The position numbers and the translations under genes were made by a program. A DNA stretch of 64,000 nt from Chloroflexota bacterium (GTDB taxonomy: Bacteria; Chloroflexota; UBA11872; VXNJ01): assembly GCA_965207915.1 (NCBI GenBank), contig OZ242304.1:2065805-2129804 (forward strand), written 5' to 3'. Positions 36,576 through 45,836 of the stretch are shown here, piece after piece. Numbering within the stretch: position 1 is the stretch's first letter; every line of letters starts with the position of its first letter. A model generated the notes under the pieces. It had not been told where the DNA came from. It saw only the letters and a program-made list of their open reading frames with translations, and made no database searches.

Positions 36576-37223
36576 ATGCTCAAATTCGCCGAGGAGATCG
36601 TCCTGCTGCTCCTGCACGATGACGACGGTCGGTTCGTTAACGTGCCCAACTGGTCGATTCGCTATGCGCTGGCCGGGGCGGTATTGATGGACCTGGCCAT
36701 GGAGAACCGGATCGACACCGACCTGCAGAACCTTTCGGTCATCGATTCGACCCCGGTCGGCGACAGTCTGCTGGACCCGACCTTGGCGGCAATCGCCGCC
36801 GGCGATGAGCACGAAATCCGTTTCTGGGTCGACCAGGTTGCCGCCCAGGCCGATGAAATACGCGAGGAGGCGCTGAGCCGCCTGGTCAGCCAGGGAATCC
36901 TCGAGGTCGAGGACGACCGGATCCTCTGGGTGTTTCGTTCGCGCCGTTACCCGTCGGTTGACGGTACCGTCGAACGCGAGGTGAAACTCCGCATCCTGGA
37001 GGTGTTGTTCAGCGACCAGATTCCAGCCCCCCGCGACGTTGTGATCATCTGCCTGGCCGATGCATGCGGTATCTTGAGCGAACTGCTCTCCCGGCGTGAA
37101 CTGGATGCGGCCGCGCCGCGCATCGAGCAGGTGCGTCGGCTGGATCTGATCGGACAGACCATGACCCAGGCGATTCGCGATATCGAAATCTCGATTGCGG
37201 CCTCGATGCAGCACATGCAGTAG
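36576..37223 (+). CDS. GPP34/GOLPH3 (Vps74)-family protein
   Basis: AEEIVLLLLHD..G, ALAGAVLMDLA...RI, GD.LLD, L..LV..GIL......LWVF..RRYP. Confidence 0.8.
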   Translation: MLKFAEEIVLLLLHDDDGRFVNVPNWSIRYALAGAVLMDLAMENRIDTDLQNLSVIDSTPVGDSLLDPTLAAIAAGDEHEIRFWVDQVAAQADEIREEALSRLVSQGILEVEDDRILWVFRSRRYPSVDGTVEREVKLRILEVLFSDQIPAPRDVVIICLADACGILSELLSRRELDAAAPRIEQVRRLDLIGQTMTQAIRDIEISIAASMQHMQ

Positions 37224-37335
37224 GCCGGGCCGCCCGCGGGGTTTGGGGCTGCCCCCAAATAGAATCGACCCATATCAGGGCCCGTGGGTGGCGCCTGATG
37301 GCGTGACAACAAGGCAAGCAGAGCGGGAGCGGCCG

Positions 37336-38286
37336 GTGGGAGATTCGCAGAGAGTCGCGTATCTGAACGGTGAATGGGTGCCCGAGACGAAATCGAGCGT
37401 CTCGGTGTTCGATCTGGGGGTGCTCTACGGCCAGATGGTCTTTGAATTCACGCGCACCTACAACCGCAAGCCTTTCCGGCTGGTGCATCACCTGCAGCGC
37501 CTCTACAACTCGATGCAGGTCGCCGACATCGACTGCGGCCTCACCATGGATGAAATGTACGACCTGACCATGGAGCTGCTTGAACGAAACATGCACACCC
37601 TGGCCGATGGGGACGATTTCGGGATTTGGCACAACTGCAGTCCCGGAATCCAGACCCAGTACCAGGACATGGCCCCGCAATCCAGTCGACCTACGGTCAC
37701 TATCAACGTCTGGCCGATTTCGCTATTCAAGCCCGATCAGTGGATTCACCAGTCGATCGGGATGGACGCGGTGATCACCCCGCAACGGACGGTTCCGTCG
37801 AAGCTGATCGATCCCAAAGTCAAGAATCGCTCGCGGATGCACTACCGCATGGCCGAGGTCCAGGCGGCGCGGATAAAACCCGGATCGATGGCGATCCTGG
37901 TCGACGACGACGGGCACATTTCCGAGGGCACAAGCTGCAACGTCATGCTGGTGCGCGACGGAACGCTCGTCTCGCCGGAGCCGCGCAACATCCTGCGCGG
38001 AGTGACCCGGGGAGCGATCATCGACCTGGCCCAGGCGCTCGAGATTCCGTTCGTTGAAACGAACCTCGATCCGTACGACGTGTACACCGCCGACGAGGCG
38101 TTTTTCTGCTCGACGTCGTTCGCCATCATGCCGATCCGGACCGTCGACGATCACCGGATCTCGGAAGGAATTCCGGGACCGGTAACCCAGCGGATCATCG
38201 ATGCGTTTTCCGATGATGTCGGCATCGACTTCATCCAACAGGCGCGCGAACTGTTCGACCTGCCCGAGCCCGCGCTGGCCCACTGA
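37336..38286 (+). CDS. Class IV PLP aminotransferase (branched-chain/D-amino-acid type)
   Basis: YLNGEWV, D.G..YG..VFE..RTY, PKVKNRSR (PLP Lys), EGTSCN, ILRGVTR, ADEAF, PGPVT. Confidence 0.9.
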   Translation: MGDSQRVAYLNGEWVPETKSSVSVFDLGVLYGQMVFEFTRTYNRKPFRLVHHLQRLYNSMQVADIDCGLTMDEMYDLTMELLERNMHTLADGDDFGIWHNCSPGIQTQYQDMAPQSSRPTVTINVWPISLFKPDQWIHQSIGMDAVITPQRTVPSKLIDPKVKNRSRMHYRMAEVQAARIKPGSMAILVDDDGHISEGTSCNVMLVRDGTLVSPEPRNILRGVTRGAIIDLAQALEIPFVETNLDPYDVYTADEAFFCSTSFAIMPIRTVDDHRISEGIPGPVTQRIIDAFSDDVGIDFIQQARELFDLPEPALAH

Positions 38287-38333
38287 CGCCGACGACCCGC
38301 AAGCGGGCGCCGGCCGCGACCCGGAATCCCCAG

Positions 38334-40283
38334 ATGGTCCAGGATCGAGCCGAGGTGCTCTGGCAGCCATCGCCCGCCCAGGTCGCCGAATCCAACCTTG
38401 AGCGGTTCCGAATCCGGGCCCGCGCGAGCACCGGTCGTGATCTCTCCGGTCACCATCAACTGCATGATTGGTCGGTCAACCGACGGGACGAATTCTGGGG
38501 TCAACTGGCCGAGTTCGCCGGCGTTGATTTTTCCACGCCGCCGGCCAGGATCAAGGGTCCAGATCAGATGCCAGGCACCGAATGGTTCAAGGGCGCCCGC
38601 CTGAACCTGGCTCAAAACCTCCTGTCACGCCGTGACGAAAAGATTGCGATCATCTACCGCGACGAGTCCGGGCAGCAGCGGAGCCTCAGTTACCGGCAGC
38701 TGGAATTAGACGTTGCGGCCGCGGCGGCGGCGATGCGCCGCCGCGGGATCAGTCCCGGCGACCGTGTGGCCGGTTACATGACCAACAGTCCGGAAACCGT
38801 CATCGCCGCCTTGGCGGCGATATCAATTGGAGCGGTATGGACGGCCTGCTCACCCGATTTCGGTTCGGATGGCGCGGTCGCACGATTGGGCCAGGTCCGG
38901 CCCCGCCTGGTGTTCGCCTCGGACTGTTACTCCTACGGCGGGCGCCAGTTTGACTGCCGCGGGGCGGCCGCGGCGTTGGCCGGAATCGATTCCGTGGATG
39001 AAGTCATCCAGGTCCCCTACCAACCGGAATCCGATTCGAGCGGCGAGGACGGCGACTGGCAGGGTTTTCTTGCCGAGGGAGCCGGGGCGGCGCCGATGTA
39101 CGCGCAACTGCCGTTCGATCATCCCTGCTACATCCTTTATTCGTCGGGTACTACCGGTGCCCCCAAGGGAATCGTCCACGGTGCCGGCGGGACCCTGCTG
39201 CAGCACCGCAAGGAGCACCTGCTTCATTGCGACCTGCGGGCATCGGACGTGGTTTTCTACGGGACGACCTGCAGCTGGATGATGTGGCACTGGCTGGTGA
39301 GCGCGTTGGCCGAGGGTTCCACCCTGGTCCTCTACGAGGGAAGCTTCGGCCACCCCGACATGTGGGCCATGTGGGAGTTGGCGGCCGATCTCGGCGTGAC
39401 CGTGTTTGGCACCAGCGCCGCATTCATCGAGGCCTGCCGCAGCCGTGGCGTCGCCCCGCGTCGGCGTTACGGACTGGGCGGAGTGCGCGCGGTTCTTTCG
39501 ACCGGGTCACCGCTCTCCCCGGACGGATTCCGCTGGGTTTACGAGAACGTAGGATCCGACCTCCTGATGGGCTCGATCTCCGGCGGAACCGACATAATCT
39601 CCTGCTTCGTGCTCTCGAATCCCACCCGTCCGGTGCGGGCCGGCGAAATCCAGGGTCCCGGGCTGGGGATGGACGTCGCGGCCTTCGACGAACAGGGCCG
39701 CGAGGTCGTGGGCCAGCGCGGCGAGCTCGTCTGCCGGCGGCCGTTTCCCTCGATGCCGGTGGCATTCTGGGATGATCCCGACGGCAGCCGCTACCGGGCC
39801 GCCTACTTCGATCATTTCGACGGAGTCTGGCGGCACGGCGACTTCATCCAGTTCGGCTCCGACGGCAGCTGCGTCATCTACGGACGCTCGGACGCGACCC
39901 TCAATCCGCAGGGCGTGCGCATCGGAACGGCCGAGATCTACCGGCCGCTGGAGGAGATCGAGTGGATCGACGAAGCCATCGCGGCCGCGTACGTCGACGG
40001 CGGAGTGGAGAGAATCGGCCTCTTCCTGGTCTGCCGGACCGAGCCCGACGACGACTGGCGCGCGCGGGTTCGCAACGCGATCGTGGACGCGGCCAGCCCG
40101 CGCCACGCACCCTCGCTGATCCGGCGAGTCTCCGGCATTCCGGTCACCCGCAACGGCAAGAAAGCAGAGTTGACGGTGCGCGACGTTCTGGCGGGACGGC
40201 GGCCGGGCAACGTCGCGGCCCTGGCCAACCCGGAATGCCTGGCCGATTTCGAGCAAATAGCCCGGGAAATCGCAAATGCCTGA
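38334..40283 (+). CDS. Acetoacetate--CoA ligase (acetoacetyl-CoA synthetase)
   Basis: WF.GARLN.A.NLL, ILYSSGTTGAPK.IVH, WMMW, SISGGTDI, WRHGD, GRSDATLNP.GVRIGTAEIY. Confidence 0.92.
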   Translation: MVQDRAEVLWQPSPAQVAESNLERFRIRARASTGRDLSGHHQLHDWSVNRRDEFWGQLAEFAGVDFSTPPARIKGPDQMPGTEWFKGARLNLAQNLLSRRDEKIAIIYRDESGQQRSLSYRQLELDVAAAAAAMRRRGISPGDRVAGYMTNSPETVIAALAAISIGAVWTACSPDFGSDGAVARLGQVRPRLVFASDCYSYGGRQFDCRGAAAALAGIDSVDEVIQVPYQPESDSSGEDGDWQGFLAEGAGAAPMYAQLPFDHPCYILYSSGTTGAPKGIVHGAGGTLLQHRKEHLLHCDLRASDVVFYGTTCSWMMWHWLVSALAEGSTLVLYEGSFGHPDMWAMWELAADLGVTVFGTSAAFIEACRSRGVAPRRRYGLGGVRAVLSTGSPLSPDGFRWVYENVGSDLLMGSISGGTDIISCFVLSNPTRPVRAGEIQGPGLGMDVAAFDEQGREVVGQRGELVCRRPFPSMPVAFWDDPDGSRYRAAYFDHFDGVWRHGDFIQFGSDGSCVIYGRSDATLNPQGVRIGTAEIYRPLEEIEWIDEAIAAAYVDGGVERIGLFLVCRTEPDDDWRARVRNAIVDAASPRHAPSLIRRVSGIPVTRNGKKAELTVRDVLAGRRPGNVAALANPECLADFEQIAREIANA

Positions 40284-41451
40284 AGCGGTCCTGGCCGCTG
40301 CCGCGCGCAGCCCCATCGGTCGATTGGGCGGGGGCCTGGGCAAGCTCTCGGCCGGCGCACTGGGCGGGGCCCTGGCGGTGGAGTTCTGGCGCAGATTCTC
40401 GATCGACCCCAAAGATATCGACGAAACGATCCTGGGCTGCGTTCTCCAGGGGGGACAGGGAATGAACGTGGCGCGTCAGGTTGCGATCGGCGCCGGGGTC
40501 CCTGCCGATCGCCCCGCGCTGACCGTGAACCAGGTCTGCGCCAGCGGATTGACCGCGATCGAACTGGCGGCCGGGCAGGTAGAGTCCGGGCGCGCCCGGC
40601 TGGTCCTGGCCGGCGGGGTGGATTCGATGTCGACCGCGCCGCACCTGTTGCGGCGCCTGCGCCGCGGTCGCCAATACGGGCCGGCCGAAGTCGAGGACCT
40701 GATCCTGGTCGACGGACTGACCTGCGCGCTTGAACACATTCACATGGGCGAGACCGCCGAGGAAATCAATTTCGAATACGGTCTGTCGCGGGAACTCCAG
40801 GACGCCTACGCGCTGCAGAGCCAACAGCGTTACCGGGCGGCGGCCGCCAAATTGGCCGAAGAAATCCTGCCGCTGCGCAGCGCCGACAACCCGGAGGCGG
40901 CTGGACTCGAGGTTGACGAACTGCCTCGCGACAGTGACCTCCAAGGACTGGCCCGGCTGCGTCCGGTATTTGCGCCTAATGGTTCAGTAACCGCCGGCAA
41001 CGCATCGGGACTCGCCGACGGCGCAGCGCTTGTTTTGGTTGCCGAACGCGGATTTGCGCACCAGTTGGGCCTGACCACGCTGGCCCGCCTGCAGGGGTTT
41101 ACGACCGTCGGAGTCGACCCGCGGCGGATGGGCATCGCCCCGGCCCCGGCGATTCGAAAACTCCTGCGAGAGCATGGCCAGTCGCTGGGCGAAATCGACC
41201 TGCTCGAAATCAACGAGGCTTTCGCCGGGCAGGTCCTGGCGGTGCTGGCAGATCTTGGGATCTCGCAGGAACGGGTCAATGTAAATGGGGGCGCGGTCGC
41301 CCTGGGCCACCCGCTGGGAGCCACCGGCGCCCGGATCCTGATCAGTCTGGTCCACGAACTGGTGCGGCGCGGCGGCGGCCGCGGGGTGGCGGCCCTCTGC
41401 GTCGGCGGCGGGATGGGCAAGGCGGCTCTGGTGGAGGTTGGCGCCGCCTAG
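40276..41451 (+). CDS. Acetyl-CoA C-acetyltransferase (thiolase)
   Basis: NQVCASG, TAGNASG, EINEAFA, NVNGGA.ALGHPLGATG, LCVGGGMG. Confidence 0.93.
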   Translation: MPEAVLAAAARSPIGRLGGGLGKLSAGALGGALAVEFWRRFSIDPKDIDETILGCVLQGGQGMNVARQVAIGAGVPADRPALTVNQVCASGLTAIELAAGQVESGRARLVLAGGVDSMSTAPHLLRRLRRGRQYGPAEVEDLILVDGLTCALEHIHMGETAEEINFEYGLSRELQDAYALQSQQRYRAAAAKLAEEILPLRSADNPEAAGLEVDELPRDSDLQGLARLRPVFAPNGSVTAGNASGLADGAALVLVAERGFAHQLGLTTLARLQGFTTVGVDPRRMGIAPAPAIRKLLREHGQSLGEIDLLEINEAFAGQVLAVLADLGISQERVNVNGGAVALGHPLGATGARILISLVHELVRRGGGRGVAALCVGGGMGKAALVEVGAA

Positions 41452-41459
41452 CGGCGCGG

Positions 41460-41532
41460 AGCCGGGAGTGGGACTCGAACCCACGACCTGCTGTTTACAA
41501 AACAGCTGCTCTGCCAGCTGAGCTATCCCGGC
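41460..41532 (-). tRNA. tRNA-Thr(UGU)
   Basis: GCCGGGATAGCTCAGCTGGCAGAGCAGCTGTTTTGTAAACAGCAGGTCGTGGGTTCGAGTCCCACTCCCGGCT. Acceptor stem GCCGGGA/TCCCGGC, anticodon TGT, T-loop GGTTCGAGTCC. Followed by CCG, so CCA is not encoded. Confidence 0.97.
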
Positions 41533-41800
41533 CGGTTGGATCCTTCGGTTCAAGTATCCGGCCTGCCGTCAACCGGCCGATTCCGGTTCCGCCCCGGCAG
41601 GCTTTGGACGACGAGCGCTACGGGGATCGCGGCATGCTAGGCAACGATAATTGAATCGGGCCCGGATTGCGCCGCCGCAAACTGCCGGTTACGGGCGCCG
41701 GCGCGAAAAAATCGCCAAGAACCCACGACAGGACGGGATTCGACCGCACGAGCGAGCAACGCGGCCGCGGTTGCCTTCCCAGCCCACGGAGGGAGCAGAA

Positions 41801-42937
41801 TTGAGCTCATCGGATCTGGTCTTCGACCTTCCGGAACGCCTTCCGACACCGGTACCCGATCTGAAATTCAGCGACCCGGCCCTGGCGCCGATCTGGGAGA
41901 GAGTCGTCGCCGGCGAGCGATTACCCAAGGCGGACGGTCTGGCGCTGCTTGAGACCTCCGACATCCTGGGGCTGGGACGAATGGCCGATTTCGCCAAGCG
42001 GCGAGTCTCGGGAGACAAGGTCTACTTTGTCCTGAACGTGCAGGTGAACCCGACCAACATCTGCGTGCTTTCGTGCAAATTCTGCGACTTCGCCGCCAAG
42101 CCCGGCGACGACCACGCCTACGAGATGTCCTACGAGGAAATCCTGGAAACCATCCACCCCGAGATGGAGGAAATGCACCTGGTCGGCGGGCATCACCACA
42201 CGCTGCCGTTCGAGTGGTACGAGGAGCTCCTGCGCACGGTCCGCCGCGAGCGCCCCAACGTGCAGATCAAGGCGTTCACGGCGGCCGAGATCGATTACTT
42301 CTGCAAGCGTTTCAAGCTCAGCGAGGACGAGGTATTCGACCGATTGATCGATGCCGGATTACAGTCGATGCCCGGCGGCGGAGCGGAAGTGTTCTCCGAC
42401 CGCGTACGCAAACTCCTGTTCCGCGGCAAGATCGGCCGTCACCGCTGGATGGACATCCACCACATGGCCCACCGCCGCGGCCTGCGCTCGAATGCGACGC
42501 TGCTATACGGGCACATAGAAACGCTGGAGGAACGGATCGACCATCTGGTCTTCCTGCGCGAGGGACAGGACGTGACCGGTGGATTCCTGGCTTTCATTCC
42601 GCTCGAATACCAGCTGGGGACCACCCGCCTGGTTGACCGCGGCGCCACCGCAATCGATGACCTGAAGATGCTGGCGGTGTCGCGCCTGATGCTGGACAAC
42701 GTCCCGCACATCAAGTCCTATTGGATCATGACCGGAGCCGAAACCGCCGCGATCGGCCTCAATTTCGGCGCCGACGACCTCGACGGCACGATCGGCAAGG
42801 AGCGCATAGCCCACGCCGCCCTGGCGGAGAGTCCCCTGGGACTCGAACGGGAAGCGATGGCCCAGATGGTGCGCGACGCCGGCAAGATTCCGGTGGCGCG
42901 CAACGCCCTCTACCGCGAGGTGGAAGTCTTTGCCTGA
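41801..42937 (+). CDS. mqnE: Aminofutalosine synthase (radical SAM)
   Basis: GGAGGGAG plus TTG. NPTNICVLSCKFCDF, IKAFTAAEI, SMPGGGAEVF, NATLLYGHIE, HIKSYW, GADDLDGT. First gene of the mqn cluster. Confidence 0.9.
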   Translation: MSSSDLVFDLPERLPTPVPDLKFSDPALAPIWERVVAGERLPKADGLALLETSDILGLGRMADFAKRRVSGDKVYFVLNVQVNPTNICVLSCKFCDFAAKPGDDHAYEMSYEEILETIHPEMEEMHLVGGHHHTLPFEWYEELLRTVRRERPNVQIKAFTAAEIDYFCKRFKLSEDEVFDRLIDAGLQSMPGGGAEVFSDRVRKLLFRGKIGRHRWMDIHHMAHRRGLRSNATLLYGHIETLEERIDHLVFLREGQDVTGGFLAFIPLEYQLGTTRLVDRGATAIDDLKMLAVSRLMLDNVPHIKSYWIMTGAETAAIGLNFGADDLDGTIGKERIAHAALAESPLGLEREAMAQMVRDAGKIPVARNALYREVEVFA

Positions 42938-43712
42938 GAGCTCCGAGCTGCAACGGCTGCGGCTGGGCCGGATCGCATATCTGAACACCGAACCGTTTTT
43001 TGCCAGCGACACCATCCGCTCGACCGCGGTCTCGCTGCCGCCGCGCCAGATGTACGACCTGGCAGCCGCCGGCACGATCGACGCCGCCCCGCTTCCCTCG
43101 GTGGCCCTGGCCGACCATCCCGACCTGTTTGCCCAGGTCGGCAACTTCACGATCGCGGCCGCCGGTCCGGTCAGTTCGGTGCTGCTCCGCTCGCGGATTC
43201 CGCCTTCAGAATTCAGTCCCGGTACCCGCATCGGCGTAACTTCGGAGACCGCGACCTCGCTGCGGCTGCTGAAGGTTCTCCTGTACGAGTACTGGGGCTT
43301 GGGCCAAGGCCTGCTATTCGACCCCTTGGGTCCCGAAAACGACGCCCAGCTGGTGATCGGCGACCAGGCCCTCAGCGAGCAGGCGGCCGAATTCCCACAC
43401 TTGATCGACCTGGGAGCGGCCTGGTACGAGTTCTCCGGGTCGCCATTCGTGTACGCGCTGTGGCTGGCCGGCCCCCGCGCATCCGAATCGGCCCTGGAGG
43501 AGCTGGCCGACTATTTTTCGGTCAACCTGGCCCGCAACGGCGCCGATGTCTCGGAGATCGCGGACCGCCGCCCGGGGCTGGGCATGACGGAGGAGCAGAT
43601 CGAATCCTACCTGGCCAAATTCAGCTACCGTCTCGGCGAACGCGAGCGGGTCGGCCTGGAGCAGTTCTTCGAATTGGACGCCCGCGTGCGAACCCGGAGC
43701 GTCTCCCGATGA
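42930..43712 (+). CDS. mqnA: Chorismate dehydratase
   Basis: LGRIAYLNT.P, GPVSSV, TS..L, LVIGD.AL, DLG..W....PFVYALW. Confidence 0.88.
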   Translation: MPESSELQRLRLGRIAYLNTEPFFASDTIRSTAVSLPPRQMYDLAAAGTIDAAPLPSVALADHPDLFAQVGNFTIAAAGPVSSVLLRSRIPPSEFSPGTRIGVTSETATSLRLLKVLLYEYWGLGQGLLFDPLGPENDAQLVIGDQALSEQAAEFPHLIDLGAAWYEFSGSPFVYALWLAGPRASESALEELADYFSVNLARNGADVSEIADRRPGLGMTEEQIESYLAKFSYRLGERERVGLEQFFELDARVRTRSVSR

Positions 43713-44818
43713 TCGATGCCATCCGCGCCAAACTCGTCGCCAACGAACGGCTGGACAGCGCCGACGGTCTCTATCTTTTGGAGCGCGCCGACCTGCTGGA
43801 GCTGGGCCAGCTGGCCGCAGAGGCCCGCTTTGCGCGGCACCCCGATCCGGTGGTCACATACGTAGTCGACACGAACCTCAACTACACCAACATCTGCGAC
43901 GCCTACTGCTCGTTCTGCGCGTTTTATCGGCCTCCGGGGTCCGGCGCCGAGCAGGGCGCTTACACCTACACCGCCGACGAGATCGTCGAGCAGGTCGGGC
44001 GGGCCGCCGAAATGGGATGCACGACCGTGCTCATGCAGGGCGGCCTTCACCCGAACCTGCCGCTGACCTATTACACCGACTTGGTACGCGCCGTCCTCGC
44101 CGCCCATCCACAGGTGACGCCCCATTTCTGGTCGGCCCCGGAGATTTTCAAAATGGCCCAGGTCAGCGGAGAGTCCTACTCCGCGATTTTCGAGGCTCTC
44201 TGGGAAGCCGGTCAGAGGACTTTGCCCGGTGGTGGCGCCGAGGTCCTGACCAACCGGGTGCGGCACAAGATCTCGCCGCTGAAGATGGATGCCGACGAAT
44301 GGATAAAGATCCTGCGCGCGGCCCACGGGGTCGGATTCACCGGGACGGCGACGATGATGTACGGGCACGTGGAGACCGACGCCGACATCGTCGAGCACCT
44401 GGACCGGATCCGGGACCTTCAGGATGAACCCGGGCCGGGCTACTTCCACGCATTCGTCCCCTGGAGCTTCTCCCCCGGCGACACGCCGCTGGGTCGCCGC
44501 CTGGGCCGCAAGCGGGCCGGGCCCAACAAGTACTTGCGGATCCTGGCGCTGGCGCGGCTGTACCTGGACAATTTCGACCACATCGACGCCAGCTGGTTTT
44601 CCGAAGGCAAGAAGACCGGCCAGATCGCCCTGCACTTCGGGGCCGACGATTTCGGCGGCACGCTGTTCGACGAGAACGTGATGAACGAGGCCGGTCACTA
44701 CAACCGGACGACCGAGGCCGAAGTTCAGCTCATGATCCGCGAAGCCGGTTTCAAACCGGCACGGCGCGATACGAAATACCGGGTGCTTGAACAGATCGCA
44801 GATCCGGTGGCGGTCTGA
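43709..44818 (+). CDS. mqnC: Cyclic dehypoxanthine futalosine synthase (radical SAM)
   Basis: TYVVD.N.NYTNIC...CSFCAFYR, LMQGGLHP, ATMMYGHVET, ASW, FGADDFGGT...ENV. Confidence 0.9.
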   Translation: MIDAIRAKLVANERLDSADGLYLLERADLLELGQLAAEARFARHPDPVVTYVVDTNLNYTNICDAYCSFCAFYRPPGSGAEQGAYTYTADEIVEQVGRAAEMGCTTVLMQGGLHPNLPLTYYTDLVRAVLAAHPQVTPHFWSAPEIFKMAQVSGESYSAIFEALWEAGQRTLPGGGAEVLTNRVRHKISPLKMDADEWIKILRAAHGVGFTGTATMMYGHVETDADIVEHLDRIRDLQDEPGPGYFHAFVPWSFSPGDTPLGRRLGRKRAGPNKYLRILALARLYLDNFDHIDASWFSEGKKTGQIALHFGADDFGGTLFDENVMNEAGHYNRTTEAEVQLMIREAGFKPARRDTKYRVLEQIADPVAV

Positions 44819-45672
44819 TGGCCGGGATTGGCGAACTGACGATCGGGCACAGTCCGGACGCCGACGATGCTTTCATGTTCTACGCGATCACCCACGACCT
44901 GGTCGGGATCGGCGATGGTGCCAGGTACCGGCACCGCGAGGTGCTCGAAGACATCCAGAGTCTTAACGAACGTGCCCTGCGGGCCGAACTGGATATGACC
45001 GCGATTTCGGCGGCCGTCTATCCGGACGTGGCCGCCGACTACCAGATCCTCTGTTGCGGCGCCTCGATGGGGCTCGGTTACGGCCCGCTGGTAGTGAGCC
45101 GCGAGCCTTGCGCGCTGCCCGATCTGGCCGGGAAGCGGGTGGCCATGCCGGGGCCGCACACCACTGCTTTCATGCTCTCGAAGATGTTCCTTCCTACGGT
45201 TGAGGCGGTGCAGCTGCCGTTCGATCAGGTTATGGAGCCGGTCGCCGACGGCGAACTTGCCGCGGCGGTCGTGATCCACGAGGGGCAGCTCACCTACGTT
45301 GACGCCGGGCTCTACAAGATCTGCGATCTGGGCCAGGTCTGGTTTGAAGAAACCGGCCTGCCGTTGCCGCTGGGGCTCGACTGCGTCAAGCGGTCGTTGC
45401 CGTCGGACCTGCGCCTGCAACTGCTCGACGCGCTGCAAGGCAGCATCCGGGCGGCGTTTGCCAATAATGCCGCCGCGGTTGATTACGCGCTGCAGTTCGG
45501 CCGCGGGATCGACGCCGAGCGCGGCGAGAAGTTCGCCAAGATGTACGTGAACGATCTCACCTACGACATGGGAGACGACGGCGTCGCGGCGCTTGCCGAG
45601 CTTTACCGGCGGGCGGCCGCGGCCGAGATAATTCCGGCTGCTCCGCCGGTGGACGTGCTTTTTCCGGGATAA
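44818..45672 (+). CDS. mqnD: 1,4-dihydroxy-6-naphthoate synthase
   Basis: GHSPDADDAFMFYA, DIQSLN, SMG.GYGP, PG..TTA, IHEGQLTY, LPLPLG, MYVN. Confidence 0.92.
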   Translation: MAGIGELTIGHSPDADDAFMFYAITHDLVGIGDGARYRHREVLEDIQSLNERALRAELDMTAISAAVYPDVAADYQILCCGASMGLGYGPLVVSREPCALPDLAGKRVAMPGPHTTAFMLSKMFLPTVEAVQLPFDQVMEPVADGELAAAVVIHEGQLTYVDAGLYKICDLGQVWFEETGLPLPLGLDCVKRSLPSDLRLQLLDALQGSIRAAFANNAAAVDYALQFGRGIDAERGEKFAKMYVNDLTYDMGDDGVAALAELYRRAAAAEIIPAAPPVDVLFPG

Positions 45673-45836
45673 ACGATTCCGGCGAGATCTTGACCTAGTC
45701 CGGCAATTTCACGGGGACTTGGAAGTCGGAGGCGGCGGACTAGCGTCCTCGAGCGTCGCCCGCTCCACTGGAGGTCCGCAAGCCCCTGGTTTTTGTTCTG
45801 GCGGTAGCACATTGCGCCGCCGCCAGACAATGGCCT

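Noticed and set aside
35685-37214. Long antisense and alternative-frame ORFs (e.g. 509 aa here; also 1781-2866, 6698-7831, 7884-8966, 20536-21729, 43625-44698)
   Set aside because: They shadow well-supported genes and lack motifs. Such ORFs are expected from stop-codon scarcity in high-GC3 DNA.
41460-41532. tRNA-Thr as an integration site or island boundary
   Set aside because: I saw no integrase, no duplicated tRNA 3' end and no clear compositional break.
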